Assembly (NCBI GenBank): GCA_958009085.1
Contig: OY253685.1
Coordinates: 124,001 to 188,000, forward strand
Source of the DNA: Protoeuglena noctilucae
Lineage: Eukaryota
Length of the DNA stretch: 64,000 bases
Direction: 5' to 3'
Shown here piece after piece: positions 62,086 to 64,000 of this stretch. Both the position numbers and the translations under genes were made by a program. Position 1 is the first letter of the stretch; the number at the start of each line of letters is the position of its first letter. Below the pieces are notes generated by a model, which was not told the DNA's origin, made no database searches, and saw only the letters and a program-made list of their open reading frames with translations.

Positions 62086-63465
62086 TCAAACACCTCCCCT
62101 GGCCTGCCGCATCGCCTGCCTCGCGTAGATGGCACCGGACCAGGCCGTGGTGCCCACCGCTGCCCATGACAGGCCTTGCACGGTCACTTCGAGTGTAGCG
62201 ACGCACGACTGGGGGTCGCCCCACGCCACAGCCCACCACTGCAGTGCGGGAGAGGGGGCTGCGGTGCAACATTAGGCTCGGCCTTGCAGTTGCCCACGCC
62301 CACGCTCTGTGCAGCAGCCTCACCTCCCCCGCTTGTGCAGCACACTGGCCCAGGGCCGCCGCTCCCAGCGCCAGCTGCAGGCACGTGTTGACCTTGCTGA
62401 CCAGGTGGGGCTCGACGCGACGGGCGGCAGTACCACTCGCCTGGTCCCTCCCACCACTGCCACCACTGCTGCCACCACTGCCACCCTCACCCCTCTCACC
62501 GCCGCCCTTACCGCCCCCGACCCTCCCAGCCCCCTGCGCCCCCCGCAGCGCAGCGTCCACTTCAAAGAACGCTCGCCACCCGCGCCACCTGCCCCCCAGC
62601 TCCGCGTGCCGCAGGGCCAGGGCCCCGAGGACCAGCCCCGTGTCCCTCGCCAGAAACGCCCCCACCGCCCACCCCGGGAGCAGCCCGTGGTGCAGCAGGC
62701 CCATCGCCGTGCCCGCCACCAGCGCCTTGTCCGCGAGGGGATCCAGATACGTGCCCAGCGTCGACTCGAGACGATACCTGCGGGAGGATAGGATACAGCG
62801 CCATGCAGCACGTGGCGTAATCACCCAAATGGCTGGCATGCGTCACCATCGACACCACAGGGCCGATATGCAGGTCCTCGTTTTGCTTATTGCAAAACCG
62901 TCTCGCCTGCGAGCCAAGTAGCCGTCCAGCCAATCGGAAGCACCCGAGATGACCAGGCAGGCGGCAGCAGGGGTCCAGTGCTCCGTGGCGATGAGCCAGA
63001 AGATCCCCGGCGAGGACGCCAAGCGCGCCTGCGAGTTGCAAACAAGGCTCAGGCGCTGCAGACACGCGGAAGCAATCGCTGCAGACAGAGTGCTGCAACA
63101 GCTGCCCGCCGTATGCCTCACCAGCGACACGAGGTTGGGTGCCTGCAACAGCTCGTCCAGCGCAGTCAACCTCCGCGATGTGCAGAATCCTCTGCGCGCG
63201 ACAGTCCATCGATCGCGGCCGCGACAGTGCGCGGAAACGGAGCGGTCGCCGCTCCATATGCTGCATCGTCTGAATCCAGCCGACTGCGAGCACTAGAGGA
63301 CTGATGCCGGGAGCTGAAGAAGCTACATGCTCTTAACGTTCCCCTGAAAGCGAAGTGAAACGACAAATCCATTCCAAATGCATAACTTCATGCCTCATGA
63401 CGACGGCCCAGACTGCACGCGCTGCTGGCCGCTTCGCACCCTTCCCCCGGCCTCCGCGAGGCCAT
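62086..63465 (-). CDS. CDP-alcohol phosphatidyltransferase, cardiolipin synthase-like
   Basis: PNLVSL/AR, SDWLDGYLARR, LGTYLDPLADK, ARD, PHLVSKVNTCLQL, TTAWSGAIY, and a presequence-like RRGFCTSRRL. GC donor at 62906. The first exon and start are uncertain. Confidence 0.82.
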
Positions 63466-63922
63466 ATTGTGACGCACTGCTTATGCAGCAGTGCTGTTGG
63501 ATCCGCACATCATGGCGCGCGGCTCCCTCGACTACCGACGAAGCGTCTTCGCGCGGTCCCCTTAATCCGTCTGATGCGGAGGCGAGCCCACGAGACAGGC
63601 CAGGGTAGCACGAGGGGAGGGTGTCGCAAACAGAACGGGTCTCGAAGATCAGCAGGGAGCCTCGGGGGAGGCGGCGCAGGGGCATGCTAGGGTTGCGGTG
63701 GCTGCCACCAGCTACCAAAAGGTCAGCGCTGCTCACACGTCGTGGCGAGCATGCATGTGTGCACGTAGGAATCACTAGCTCGTTTCAATTCGCTGGGGCC
63801 GACTGGCACCACGCGGCGCCAGAGGTCAGCGTGACAGAAACTCCGTGCTCTCACGCAGCCTCAGTACACGAGTGCAAAGCAAGAGCAATCCACTGCTGCT
63901 TGCGCCCCTAGCAGCTCTCGTC

Positions 63923-64000
63923 ATGTCATCGCCCGAGGGAGCCCTGAAACAGCCCGCTGAAGAGCTGTGGGTGCGGGCTCGCGTCCGCCAGGGGCACGGG
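63923..64000 (+). CDS. Possible start of a further gene running off the window
   Basis: ATG TCA TCG CCC GAG... is open to the window end and sits divergently from the cardiolipin synthase gene. Confidence 0.25.
   Translation, partial: MSSPEGALKQPAEELWVRARVRQGHG

Noticed and set aside
336..62906. Introner-like family of repeated introns
   Set aside because: I saw no shared sequence or terminal inverted repeats between different introns beyond splice signals. An all-versus-all alignment would be needed to exclude it fully.
1..64000. tRNA, rRNA or snRNA genes, transposases, viral or prokaryotic operon-like segments
   Set aside because: None was recognisable by eye and every complete gene contains introns. 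Covariance-model and HMM scans could still find small RNAs.

Overview
GC-rich, gene-dense eukaryotic nuclear DNA with many short spliceosomal introns. It is most consistent with a compact-genome, flagellated green alga; this taxon call is inference from gene content. The six-frame ORF track is mostly exon fragments and antisense shadows. Splicing by hand gave about 23 genes: CCDC81-like, a small coiled-coil protein, a cyclophilin-SYF2 fusion, mTERF-like, TTC14-like TPR, IPUT1/PGSIP6-like GT8, CitE/CLYBL, NAF1, a long coiled-coil protein, a TTLL polyglutamylase, uL13m, eIF6, DUF1997, a class I HDAC, an orphan, bL19m, TFIIH p34/Tfb4, a QRICH2-like coiled-coil protein, DENR, a membrane-anchored diflavin reductase, a disrupted kinase/beta-helix gene, a SET methyltransferase and cardiolipin synthase. 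The most striking signals are in splicing. GC-AG introns are very frequent (13 of 39 introns in nine conserved-family genes, by my manual models), and exon ends or 5' splice sites are repeatedly copied a short way into the same intron. Other points of interest are a kinase plus 48-aa-repeat beta-helix gene with four lesions confined to the kinase half, very short gaps between co-oriented genes (candidate polycistrons), and an 11-bp stop-to-stop convergent pair. No rRNA, tRNA, CRISPR array or transposase was recognised. All exon models and family assignments are by eye from motifs, not from database searches.
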